DNA from: Haliotis rubra
Taxonomy: Eukaryota
Length of the DNA: 64,000 nt
NCBI RefSeq assembly: GCF_003918875.1
Contig: NW_025765548.1
Span: forward strand, 62,001-126,000
Direction of reading: 5' to 3'
Positions within the stretch are counted from its first letter, which is position 1; each line of letters starts with the position of its first letter. The notes beneath the pieces were generated by a model, which had not been told where the DNA came from, searched no databases, and saw nothing but the letters and a program-made list of their open reading frames with translations. Below are positions 26,801-39,900 of the stretch, in pieces. A program made the translations under genes and the position numbers.

Positions 26801-27327
26801 TATTGTTAAACACGTATGGATTTGGTTTTGTGTGGGTAAGCCAAGAAGTTGGTAGTGTAAATGATTTTGTATTTATGTTTAAACAAAGACTTGTAGATTC
26901 TGCAAAGCAAAATATGTTTAGCAAAATAAATGAATCAGCACATTTATCTTATTACAAATCATTAAAGTCATTACTGGATGTTGAATACTATATTTCTAAT
27001 GTACATCTAAAGGAATATCGCCGTTATTTATGCTTGTTACGTATTCAACAATTGCCTCTCCTATGTAACGTAAGATATCAAGATGACAGTGGGTTAAGCA
27101 AAATATGTAAAATGTGTAACCGCTATAATTTTGAAGATGAATTACATTTTGTACTTGTCTGTGATGCATATGCAAATTTAAGAAGCAAATACCTACCAGA
27201 ATTTAATTGTCCATCTGTTTTAAGCAAATATCATAAGTTGTTAACATGCAAAGATAAGAATTTACTTATAAAAATTTCATTATTTATTAAACATGCACTA
27301 TCTAAAAGGAATTCTATCCAATGTTAG
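23863..27327 (+). pseudogene. LINE ORF2 (endonuclease + reverse transcriptase), interrupted
   Basis: ORF track pieces 23863-24849, 25017-26093 and 25957-27327 carry APE and RT motifs. Confidence 0.9.
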
Positions 27328-27450
27328 AAGAGACATGTATATATATACCTATGTATATGTTGAAACCATATTGTCTATATATCATATACCACTTTGCATT
27401 TATTGTACACGGGCCAATGTCCCCTATATACCGAAATAAATTCTTCTTCT

Positions 27451-28068
27451 CCCTCCACATAAACTCCAGCAAGGCGGAAGTGTCTGGTACGCCATGGTCA
27501 GGCCAACTTGTGAAGTGAAAGTGGTGAACGTGATGTATCTTTCCTTCCTGATATTTAGAATTAATAGCATTTCATTTATGTTGAATATAACGTTTTGTCA
27601 CAAACTACTAAATGTTTATGTCGACATCTTCAAAAAAGATCATTTATAGAGAAGAATTACAAATATTGCAAAAATAATACCGATTTATTGTGAAGAGACA
27701 GTTTTGTGACTGTGTAGTTTCTGTCTCCTTGGTAACTGAGATGTCGCCGTAAATGGAAGTTCCTTTCTCTGGCCAGTACTGAAGACACTTCATCTGAAAA
27801 TATTACAAGATTTAAATACAGGATTTTTACAGGATTAAATATCTCCATTTAAGTTAAACGAGGTGATAAAAATGTCAACACAAAAACTCAATTAGTGTGT
27901 GAGATTTCTATATTTGCTATCATTACGGATAAGTATGGATTTGATTCGTTCGTGTCAACCGGTTTCTTTCAACATAATTATTCAGTTGCTGCTGAATATT
28001 CAATACCTTTGGGAGAAAAACAAGTTGAATGTGTGAATGATGGTGTGGGAGATGCTATATACATGATG

Positions 28069-28118
<50 letters not shown>

Positions 28119-29702
28119 CCTTCCCCGGCTCTACAAGTCCCGTCACCATGAAAATTGTTGTAGATTGCCCCTGAAAGATCATTCTCCAGAAATCCACCAC
28201 TACTTCCGGTCTGTAGGGACCTAACAAGAAAGTGAATATAATATAAAACGTGTATGATTAATCCAGAGGTATTCAGAGAAATGAATATAACGTTAAGAAT
28301 ATATCCCAACCCTTGTAGCAGTGGTCACACAAAAAGTGTGAAGCTTTATCAGATGACCCTTGTACATGGGTTTCATTCTTCAAAGTTATATATGCTCAAC
28401 ATCAAAATCAATTTAACGCAATTATTAGAATTTTTGTATTTTCAACGGTCCAATTTGGTCAAAAAGCTGGGGGTTTTAAGTATAAATTAGTTGCTCAAAC
28501 AAATTTTCGTAACTCCGTTCTATACGTTTGTGCTCCTGTTTCCATTGAGCTGTCATGATAAAATCATGATTACCAAAAAGCAAACGTATTGGACACTATG
28601 TTTTAAAAGCATACAGACAACAGGCGTAAATTCAAACTGGGTTTGGATGCACACCAATCACTGTTGTAAAGTTAAAGATAGTCTTAAAACGGAGAGATCC
28701 CGAAGTGGAAACACACATGTAACTCAACATTGCGTCATTATCAATAAATGAAAGGAGGGATACATTTGAATGACATTGGTTTTTGGTTTTTGGTTTCATT
28801 GGGTGAGCAATTATACAATAGCTGCTTACTTTAGATATCAGTTTGAGGAACCGTTTGTGTGTGTGAAACCTTACCTTGTGCTGCTATGTAACGCTTTTCT
28901 GCTTTGTATACCTGAAGAGAATTTACGAAGATATGTATTATTTATATAAATATAGAACGTCACTGCGAGCAAAGCCGTGTATAATAAGTAACATAATACA
29001 AGGAAGCTTATTTATAAAGTGATTTGCTGACTATTAAGTGTTCTTTAATGATGCGACTTAATACATTACAGCTATTTTTAATAAGGAAATATGTGCCAGA
29101 TAATCCAGTGATACCGTCCATGATAAAAGAGCAACGAAATTGGGAGATGAGATGACATGCAATCAATATAATCATCAAGTCGAACAACTCAGTCACAGGA
29201 ACATATCACATAAACCCTAACTCGAACTATCCATGGGTTTCCGCGTTATCAACCTATAAAGTACATCAAACCTTACACAGTACGCCTAAACAACTAAGAG
29301 TATAGGTTAACTTCAAAGGACAAGCTAAAAGATCTAAGCGGCCCATTTTGCAGTTACGCTCAGTGTGTATTCGGTGTCTGATTGACAGTCGTTGCTCAAC
29401 TCACATCGAGGTAGCTGGCGTTGATGTAGTCTCCGTCTTTGTCGTCACTGACGCGGTGCAGCACCACGCGGTTGTAATCATCTGAATACGAAATACATCG
29501 TCGGTTTAGACTTGACACTGAATGACGAAGTGCAACTGACTGAAAACAATTATGTTGTACTATGTCAAAATCGACTCTAGAGTTAAAACTTGATCATCTA
29601 CAAGATGTACTCACATGGGTAATAGCCTCTGAACCTGTTCTTTCCTTTGTTTTTAGGTTGTTGTGATTCATCATAGGAGTGTACATAACCATCAGGAAGG
29701 CG
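27451..29702 (-). CDS. Gene B PTP D1 domain exons (N-terminal part, through the WPD loop)
   Basis: Classical PTP motifs KNRF, DYINAS, YIAAQGP, DFWRMI, KCxQYWP, WPDHGVP, with the characteristic 88/77/37-bp PTP exons. Confidence 0.92.
28073..28116. repeat. (GT)n microsatellite
   Basis: About 22 GT units immediately after a PTP exon donor. Confidence 0.95.
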
Positions 29703-30197
29703 CTGAAAAGGGAAACATGTGACATACACAGGCTAATACTAAACAAATCACTTACTCCAGGTGATTATTATCACCTCCACAGTATGTAGTGTTATCCAAA
29801 CTAAAACCTGTAAGTTGGAGGCAATTGGCACTAAGTGTAATTGCCTTTGTGTGAAAGTTGGTTGGCTCGAACAGCATTCGCTTGTCACAGTCAAAAATTG
29901 GAAAGAGGGAATGCATTATGTAAGTGCTAGATATAATCAGTCTTTCTTGCAGCCACAATTCCCCTTCGGAAAACGAGCATGAAATAGTTTGCTTCCATTA
30001 TTGTCATTTCAGATGAATTTTATATTTAATGGATGTTTCAAGGAGCTGTTGTCGGGTGGTTTTGTGCGATGCAGCTTTCGTGGTGTATACAAAATGTCAT
30101 TAAGCAACTTAATTATGTTAAATTCTGTTAATTCTTCCTCGTACGTTGTGACGTTTATAATGTGTTCTCTAGCTTGTGCACGTCATTTTGAGTTTAC

Positions 30198-31504
30198 CTT
30201 ATATTCTTCTTCTGTACTTGATGGAGTCATTTCTTCCACCTTTTTTGTGTAATTCTGACACAGGAATCACGTGATCCCGTCCCTTGTCGTCCAGGTTGTA
30301 GTAGTTTCTGTCAGGGCCCTCTGGTTTGTCCTCAACCTGTGCAGGCTGCTCAGATACGTCATAATCCTCTTCCTCCTCCACTTTCTGAAGGTCAAGGTCA
30401 GCTGTTCCGCCTTTACCCGTATCCTTGCTTCCAGTTGTAGATACAGCTTCCCCTGTTGAATTGCCTTCGGATTCGGTCTGCCTATGAGCCTTCATTTGTT
30501 TAGCTGATGTCTTCTCTGGAGACAACGTTGGTTTCTCGTCGTTATCAAATCCGATATTCATGTACATGCCAATGTCTTCCGCTACAGGAAACAAAAAAAG
30601 GACATTTCCAAAAAGGACAAAAAATAAGATCCATGACATAATGTCGTTATCATATATAGAAGTAGGGATGATCTGTACAGAAGTTACGTGATCTCTAAGA
30701 AGCAGATCCATGTGAGAGTCAAGGTACGTCATGCAGTAGTACTATTGAGTATTGTTATAAGAGTGTGTCTTTTTTTGTAATTTGTAAAATCATTGATTAG
30801 GTGATAGTTATTATGGGTCACAATGTTTAAAGTTTTGAGTATATCTGCTCTAACTGTAAATGTGAATGTCAAGGTGAGTTGATGTCTTATATTTGTGACC
30901 CAATACTTTAGATTTGTGACTCAACTGCATTGTACTAGAAATCTGTATTGTGATTCATTGTAGCTTGCTCATTGTTTGTTCAATATATTATTGAATATTT
31001 TAGACTTGTCTGTGTTTTATTTTGCTTGTTCAAGGGGGACTTTTAAACCTTTTGTCACGGCAATTTATTAACCGTAACAGTATACACGATCACTTACGTA
31101 TGCTACAGCCTCTATATATTACACCAGTCCAAATATTCTTGCATAAATTAAGCAAACGAGAGAGACGAATCTACCTTGTGTCGTTTTCACGTTATCAGGA
31201 AACACTGTCTTGTGTGCAGAGCGTCCATGACTTTCCCCCCGTCTTCTTCTAAATGTAAGGACACAAATTGAAATACAGTTTGCATAGAGCAAGGGCTCGT
31301 CAATTTGTAATAAGTATGTACTGATTCATTGCCTTTGAAGACATTACAGGGATTAGAATGTATGTAAAAAAACTGACCTGATCATGATGACTGCAAGGAC
31401 CAGCAGCAGTATCACCACCACGACGACTACAGCTCCCACTACAGCAGCGACTGGAAAAGAGGCGGCTTCAGGCTGCTGACTTGGGGTATGTGTGGCAACT
31501 TTCC
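30198..31504 (-). CDS. Gene B transmembrane and juxtamembrane exons
   Basis: 31378-31504 encodes VAAVVGAVVVVVVILLLVLAVIMI followed by RRRR; the cytoplasmic exon carries YMNI, YDV and YYNL tyrosine motifs. Confidence 0.85.
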
Positions 31505-31643
31505 CTGGATGTAGAATGGAGAAGATTAAAAAATGTTAGCATAGAAGTGCACACGTCTTTCATCACATAAAGCGTGCTTAGTGAAATAATCTTTGTCATT
31601 TTAGAAGCCTCTGTATCAAAAGCATGATGTCACACCAACATTA

Positions 31644-31815
31644 GTGAGTGAGTGAGTGAGTTATAATTTATCCTCACATCGGCAATATTTCAGCCATATC
31701 TTGACGAGAACGATTAATTTTATACATAGTAATTATTGGTAAATTGTAAAAACCTGTCAACGAAGGACAGAAAAAATAACTAGATTAACACAGATTCGAA
31801 TTAAAAACTAGAACT
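31644..31815 (-). mobile_element. Family C retroposon 3' fragment
   Basis: (GTGA)n tail plus the shared ATATTTCAGCCAT segment; flanking duplication TCACACCAACATTA. Confidence 0.75.
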
Positions 31816-32439
31816 TAGATCTATCACACCAACATTAAATCTGTCATAAATTGAAAGAAAATGTCCTTCTTCATCAGATTACCGTTGTTAGAATTAACAT
31901 GTGCATGAACAAGTCACTTGCATATTCTTCTTTACAACCACTGTAGAAACATGAATTCGTGTTATGCGTGATGGTATGCTCACACACTCTACGCTGGCTT
32001 TAACAGTCAAACCTTTACTCAGATACATGGCGAGACCATGTTTGGGCAGAAATGACACATGTAGAGTGTTCCATTTCGTTTACATGATTATTTATTTCCG
32101 TGAATAGGTCTGTGTGTACGACTTCGTATAGGCAGTTGAACGTGTCCTACATTGCCGTGCTCTGACCATTTGTTGAAAGTCTGAAGTCTGACATGAATTG
32201 ATTGTTTTAACCTGTGTCCCATCCGCTGCTTCCCATCCTTAATGCATTACATGGACTTTAGCATTAACCATCAGTCACATCACAGTCATTACCCTGTTAC
32301 AAAAACAGTAACACACTCTCGGGACTAGCTCCTCTCCCGTTATAGCAGTAGCTTATGTAGAGTCAACTTATCTCCCCCGTCTCCGATCCATTGTAACCTG
32401 CTTGTTGCTTTGCACCCCACATCGACATCTCGTTCTTAC

Positions 32440-35026
32440 CTGTACAGTCATCCCCTGTCCAGCCTGCTTCACATCCACCAACACAGATCCCTGTTGCGTT
32501 ACAGGAAGAGTTCTTCATACAGTGTCTGGAGCTGCAACTCATGTTGCACTTGTTCCCATAATGTTGGGAATCACATTCTGGAATAAGATGATTAAACAAT
32601 TCATATTTCATTTCATGTGTTATTCATTACCTATCAATCATCACATTCATGAAGCGACACATACAAACCTGAGTACATTGAATTTTTCCGTCTTGATGCC
32701 ATGATCCATTAGATTTGGTAACTTTATCTGATATTCTGCAGTCATTCCAAGGTTGTGTAACATTGCTCAATTCTTGATTTTAATGTTCTGATGATTTAAA
32801 GTGACACACAACTAGCTTCGGAATCTTAATGCCCAAAGTCTTTGCGATCAGTACTTGCATATTACAGATAAACAATTTATCGAGTGTTGTTTTGCCGACC
32901 TCAGTCAGGCCTACAATGTAACAATATCAATCAATATTATCTGTGTGATGTTCTTCCTTCCTCAACAAATTAAATTATGACTAGGCTATAAATTTAAAAT
33001 TCATTGTAGCATTTCCTTTTCACATTGGCATGTTTGCTTTTTATTCTTACAATATACGTTGACATCGTATCCAGTTTCTCTTCAGACAAAGCAAAAGTAA
33101 GTTTGTCACTATCACAGATGTTTCTTCATGTTTCGCATGGCCTGTACATTCTATGACTGACTGACTGACCCGCTCTTAGCAATATTCCATGTGGGGATTC
33201 GAACCCGGGTCTTCGGCGTGACGAGCCAACGCTTTAACCGCTAGGCTACCCCACCGCCCCGTACATATTATGAAAGTTATGATTGTGGAAGGTGTCTCTC
33301 ATCTCTCACAGTGGCTTCAACCAGTCATATTTATTGTCACCCACGTTAGTGAACCTCATTGGTGGCATTACCTGTACAATCAGGATACATCCACCCTGTC
33401 AGACATCCACTGTCACAGGTCCCTGTTGAGTTACAGGAAGAGTTACCATCACAGTTTCTGGAGGAGCATATCTTAAGACAGTTGGATCCATAATGTTTGG
33501 AATCACATTCTGAAATATGATACCGATGATTTAATGGCGGCTTTTGTATGTGTAAGGAACATTGTTCATAAGAGAGTTGAAAGATCTTTAGATTAGGTTT
33601 ATTTCATATGCACTTACCAATAATTCATTTCCAAGACTCACCTTCTTTACAATCGACACCCACCCATCCAGCTTTACATCCAGAATCACATGACCCAGTC
33701 ACATGATCACATGATGAATTTCCCGCGCAGTGTCTGTCAGAGCAAAGACTAGTACAGTTTGCGCCGTACTTTCCACTGGAACATTCTGTAACAACGAAAT
33801 GGAGAGCTTACATCGTGTTTTATAGTTGCATGTGAATATACAGGCTTTCTTAATAACTGATGTATTTTTTTTCGACCAAAAGGTGTATTTAAAGGCAAAG
33901 TACAGAAAAATATCACATACAAATAGGTACGCTATGACATAAGATAAATTGGATATAACATTTTCATTAATTATTATCGAGATATCTGTATGTTAATGAC
34001 AACGTATATTTTTCACCTCTTGTGCATCGAGCCAAATTCGACAAGCTTGTACACTTTTGCTTTTACTCACATAAACCATCATGTTAGCCTAGAGAGCTAC
34101 CAGAATTTTATTCGTAATAGACTTTTGCAATATATGTGGCTTTTTCATGTTTCAAAGTCGTTTAGTTATGATGATATAATGTGTTCACTCGCATCAATGC
34201 TGATGTATTTTCCTTCCAAGTTATAATTGTTGCAATCGGACAGCCTCCTTTCTCTCCCTTCCACGTAACTTGATCTTTCATTATCATTAAACTGTCAACA
34301 TTCTTTACCTTGTGTGCAGTTAACCTCCATCCACCCAGAAAGACATCCTGTGTCACATGCTCCAGTGTGACGGTCACATGACGAATTTGAAGCTGACACT
34401 TCCGCCCAGCACATATCTCGTTGCAGTTAATGCCATAGGTAGTGCTGTTGCAAGCTGTAAAATATGGACAAGCATCAAGTTCATAAAGTTGAGAAACATT
34501 TGAGTAAAGCTTCCCGGGTAATCGTGTCAGCAAACTGTATGAAACAAGTATATATGTGAGGTCGATCACCACTTAACATGTCCCTACAAACGAGCCCACA
34601 GTATGACGTCCACAAAGCTCGAATCCTGTTATTCTTTTGCACTTCTTCAAAATGTTCTATGACTGTTAAAACACGATTCACTGTGTATATATATTGTGTA
34701 CATACTGTGAATATGTGAAAGCGCCAGGGAACAGTCAAACTGGAACCTTCCTCTCTATACAAAATGACTAGATTAGATTAGACGATTAATGATTAACCTA
34801 AGGACACAGTCAACATGCCTTGTATGCCTTGGCCTGTACAGTCTCCAGTACCACTGACAGGTGCCTATCAATGCTGATAGTACAAACGTCTTACCTGTAT
34901 CACATCTCTGTCCCTGCCACCCTGATCTACAGTCTCCAGGACACAATCCAGTCCACCGATCACAGGTTGAATCCAGGCAGTGACAGAACTTATCACAGTT
35001 CACCCCGTAGACACCTTCACTGCAGA
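32440..35026 (-). CDS. Gene B MEGF-type EGF repeat exons (5)
   Basis: Phase-1 exons of 132-146 bp, e.g. [17 protein letters not shown]..., [11 protein letters not shown]..., [11 protein letters not shown]...; 34309-34454 is 1 nt short. Confidence 0.9.
33155..33260 (-). mobile_element. SINE family A copy (internally deleted)
   Basis: tRNA-like head in reverse orientation. Confidence 0.8.
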
Positions 35027-35301
35027 CTAGTGCATAACAAGACGAGTGTTTATATAAGAGTACTAACTTGTAGCCATGAATATTTGGAATTTGTGTGAAC
35101 ATCGAATTGATGAACGGCCGACATTATTATATTTACCTATCAGTGATAGCTGCAGCTTTTGGCATCTTACGATGGTTGATAGAAATAGAAAATGTGCTGT
35201 TACATTTACATCGCATAATTTTCAACATTTCCCAACCGTAATACCAACAAATGCAACATAGTCAAATATAAACTGGTCCCCTCAATACACTGCCATTTGT
35301 C

Positions 35302-35600
35302 GGTCCATGCAGGAAGCAAATGTACTGTAAGTCCCCATGGTCCCTAGTATGGTGATCTACCTTCAGTTGTTGGCAATATATAGCCGGTTTTTACCTTGAA
35401 TTGTCCTATAGTTAGACTGTTTTAGATTTGATTGCTAGTTTTAAATTCGAATCTGTGATAATCTAGTTATTTTACTGTCCTTCGTTGACAGGTTTTTATA
35501 GTTGCCCTTGCTTATTATGCATAAAATTAATTGTTCTCGTCACGATATGGCTGAAATATTGCCGATGTGACGTTAAATTTTAACTCACTCACTCACTCAC
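35302..35600 (+). mobile_element. Family C retroposon (5'-truncated LINE 3' end or SINE) with TCAC tail
   Basis: Clean TSD CACTGCCATTTGTC; copies at 47255-47515 and 40258-40512 (-). Confidence 0.8.
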
Positions 35601-36303
35601 ACTGCCATTTGTCAAGTATTTTGTGGGAGGGAATCTGAAAACAATATTTTTTATAAGCAATACGACATTTGACGCGCTGATGCTCAAGAAACATTTGGAT
35701 ATTTCTTAGCCTTAAAGCTATAGTCTAAATCTGTTACCAAAAGGGTCGCGCTCTGAGATCAAGTGTATCTGCCTTCGGTCCAATGTTACCATTGTAGACC
35801 AGAACCAGATTGTGAGTTCCATAGCAAAGTCCATAGATAATTACATGTAACATTACAGGTTAGAAATGGAGTCATTTCTTTCTTTGTGGCAATGCAAATG
35901 TGCATTTAGTCGAAGTAAGAGAATTTCCCCAGAGAACATTAACCAGTCTAATCTTCTGACAAAACATACTCCACTGAGCGTAAAACGTTAATTGACAAGT
36001 TCAGAACACTTACTATAGCACTGTGTAGCTCAGTAATGGCATCATGTATTAGCGGAAGGGGTAAGCATTTCCTGCCCTACCGAAGGCACCTATCTATCTG
36101 TTGTGAATGATGTGGCTGGTGACTAACAAAACAGTGAAGCAGTTGGTTGAATCTATCGGACAACTTGCACAATTGTTCAGTTATAACAACTGCAGTTCAT
36201 TTCATATGATACAGCTTCCAAAACACTGACACAAAAATCTGGCACAAACTCCAACAAAAATTGGACATTTGCTGTGTATATTCCATACAATATGACATTT
36301 TCG

Positions 36304-36525
36304 ACCCGTGAAGATCCGGTTAGAATTGGTCTTCAGTAACCCATGCTTGTTGCAAGAGGCGACTAACGGGAACGGGTGGTCAGGCTCAATGACTTGGTTG
36401 ACACATGTCATTGTATCCCAATAGCGTAGATCCATTCTCATGACTTTGGTCACTGGATTGTCTGGTACAGACCGCTGCCCAATAGCTTGAATATTGCTGA
36501 GTGAGGTGTAAAACACCAACAAAAA
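36304..36525 (+). mobile_element. SINE-like family B copy
   Basis: Homologous to 20917-21162. Confidence 0.8.
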
Positions 36526-36908
36526 TTAAACCAAACAAGATGTTTTCAAAAATTCCTAATGCAGATTACTTAATAAGCCTTCCCCCCGTCAGGCACAAGA
36601 AGCATGAACTTGCTTAAAGAAATATTATTGCATTATTGCAAATAAATTTTGCATCTCGTTAGATATGAATGCATTGTCGACTAGAAAAGACCGAGCTTCA
36701 AATACCCACTTATAGATAGATGAATACATCCAATCAATACTTTCACAATGTGTTTGATGAAGCTTCTCAAATATTGAGACAAAGATCAGGGTCATACAAA
36801 GCCTTCTTAGCTCTACGACATTCGTAAGCTAATGATGAACTGTAAAGTTACGAAAGGTTACACATGATTTAAGGATAATACACATACTTAATACAATAAA
36901 GGACTTAC

Positions 36909-39900
36909 CATAGATCTCCACCTCACATATGTTCAGTGCACTAGCATAGCCATCACTTCCTCCATCCCCCCGGGTTCTTGATGGTGACGTTTCTGCCGGT
37001 ACCGTTACATGCCACGTCAGTTGGGTTGAGAGTATTTGGTGGACTCGGGAGGGTGGAGCACATGGCGGAGGTGTCGTTGTTCAGGTAGATGTTAGAATCG
37101 GCGTTTCTATAGTAGACTGGAAAACAAAGATGTTTTATTCTACGTTACATAATAATACTTTGTCAATATAGTTGCTGTTAGCTCATATTTCAGATCACAA
37201 ACCTATGTTCATGTAATGGAATAATACCGTAATTGAGAGAAGACACGTCCAATTAAAAGTATATGCTTTACAGCGGATGGGGATTAGAATACTCACTTCA
37301 AAACTCCCGATCGTTTGCAAAAAAATAACAGTTCACTGATGGTCAATATTCTTCTGGCACATATTATGTACCAAATCCCTTTTAAATTTGCGATTTCTGC
37401 ACTGAAACAGATATATTTATTGTACCCAGCAGTAAACGTCCTGATTCTCAAATGTATTAATAGTATTACGTTAATCACTAAACCCTCCGTAACTCAGTAA
37501 CTCATATGTGTGTGTTTGCAATAAGTATCAGGCACAACCAAGACACAACCATATTATATGAAGGGAAGCAATTTAACTACTGGAATAAAGTAACTGTGCA
37601 TCATTTGATGTTATGCCATTTTAATGCAAAAAATAGTACTATGATCTGTGATGTTTTCCTGAATAACCATTTAACTGTTGACAGACTATCGAAATGTGTA
37701 TGATTTGACACTAAGCATCGTGACACGCCCTCGAAGAGATGTGGTGTCAAATGACTGTTCACAAATGCAGCATTGTGTGTGTCCACCATCGGTGTTGATG
37801 CAGGCTTGACAACGACGACGCATAGACGAAACTAAGCGATTAAAGAAAGCTTGGAGAATGTTGTTCCATGTCTGAACCCGCTTGTTCCAATTCAGCTAAC
37901 GTCAGAGACCCAATGATCTCATCCCTGTATCGCAGACCTGTCATATTGCCATTGACAAGTTGTGTGCGACCATGAGATGCGTTACCACCAATATCATAAC
38001 GCTTTCGCACAAAAACTCGAAGTCGAAAGTCGCATGCGTCAACATACCGTTCATCTCGCCGTCCGTACACCCTTGCCCTGCCATCTGAGCTTCCCAGATG
38101 AAATCTCAACTCGTCAGTGAACAAAACACAATATCAATCTCCTGTACTGTGAGATGCTGTCTGTACCTGGCAAGACGCGCATGTCGGTGACGCTGGAGCA
38201 AAATTGGACGTATCGCAGGCCGCCGGGGTAGGATGTTATGGTCTCTCAGTCGGTACTTCAGGCCTGGACCTGATTGGACGTAAGCCAGGAATGGTCTAAG
38301 CAGACAAAATGGCTGTCTGGAATCGATTCAGGTCAGCCGAATATGGTTGTTTTGCTGACGTGAGAATACGTGTGCATCTCTCCTGTTCCCATTATGTTGA
38401 AAACGTCTCTATATAGCATACCCACGGCGCGGAGACGCTGATTTTCTGTAAGCCGTGACGTGACGTACGCGCAGTTTAGGTTGCAATTAACGAGTTTTCC
38501 AAAGCATTCAGAGGCTGTAGAATAATCAACCGGCGTTCAATTTTCAACTTTTCAAAAGTGAGTAAGCTCATTGTGCACAAAGTGCACGTGCCACATGACG
38601 CATTACATTGGCATCACATTTCATGCAAAGTGCTTTGCTACATGTTTATTTAGGGTTATTTCATAATTTTTCAAATAACTTTATCTTATGCAATTTTATG
38701 TTATGCACAGTTATTTTTTCCCGTTAGTATATATGTATGTATACCACAACTCCAATAAATAATCACGGTATAGAATCTACAAAGCAGGCTTAACACATAC
38801 TGTCTGGTCCTGATACAGCATAGTTACCAACCCAAAGTGATAACCTATATTTATTCCATTCATGTCTTGTTTGGTACACTTGATAATATTATCGACTGTA
38901 AGTAGGCTAAATGTAAGAACTACTATTGCTGGTATTGAAATTAGCTTAAATCAGCGGAATGGCCCTGGATTTTGTAGAGGATGTAAATTAATCTTGAAAC
39001 TGTATAGCGATAATAGGATTGATTTAAATGCGTTTGCATAACACTCGTTCATGTATATTAGATGATGGTGCCCCACCGTTATAACCAAAAATGCCATATT
39101 TTGTAGTTGGTGACAGAGTAATACAAACCTAATGCATATTTACGTCCTTCTGTTACCCAGTATTCAATTGTTATATACACCTCGAGACGGAATTGTTTTG
39201 GAGCCAATTCATTGATGTGGAACGTTTAATATGTTGATATAAATGGTATATATAAAGCATCTGACATCTGCCCCAGTAGGTGAACTGGGGTGTAGGTGAA
39301 ATGTGTGTGTAGGGGTTATGGGTGTAAACCGTATGAAATACTAGAAGTGAGCAGATACAGATAAGTGGAGATATCACTCGTTGAGGTATATTAGGTGATG
39401 GGGTGGTACTGTTTTGCTTTGGTTTCATCACAAGTGTATAATGAAAATATGCCTCGTCAGATAGAGCAATATCAGCCTGTTGTTAATATCTGTGTTAGAT
39501 CATGTTTCCTGGATACCTACATCCACCTCTACTGTAGATCCTGATGTCATACAGCTGGAAGTCCCGGCCAAGATCCACTGTCCAGTCTGACGGAGATCCA
39601 CCAGCGTGGAAACAGGTTCTTCCCTCACCACCAGTGTCACTGTCTCCATCCACAGCATTTGATGCGGGCCACCCTACGTACGCTTCAGGTGTTGTTGATG
39701 TTGTCTTGCTCAGTGCAATGTTTCCTATGTGGTTCAAGAATCATGCCATACACATGCATCCATATAGACCCCAGTACGTGCAAATACTGAAAAGGTTCAC
39801 AGGGTTTACATGTATGGTGACAGTCGGATTCAAGTTGATGGTGTAATGACAACCACAACTCGACAACATATCTATTAATGTTATATACGGTGTGAGTTAA

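Larger units (their letters stand above)
22690..27450 (+). mobile_element. Near full-length APE-type non-LTR retrotransposon (RTE-X or CR1/L2-like; clade not determined)
   Basis: ORF1 about 22794-23820. ORF2 23863-27327 in pieces (APE WNVNGL/GDFNAR/SDHFP; RT GVRQGCALSP, LLFADD; C-terminal CKMC..EDELHFVLVC). AATAAA + (TTC)n tail at 27435-27450. One in-frame stop and frameshifts; 5' end approximate. Confidence 0.95.

Noticed and set aside
27895-28309. ORFs with CVCVCV/THTHTH runs
   Set aside because: Translation of a (GT)n microsatellite; only 28120-28220 is exonic
34309-37116. Compensating +1/-1 frameshifts restoring gene B
   Set aside because: A TGA follows within a few codons of the first shift, so the frame cannot be rescued
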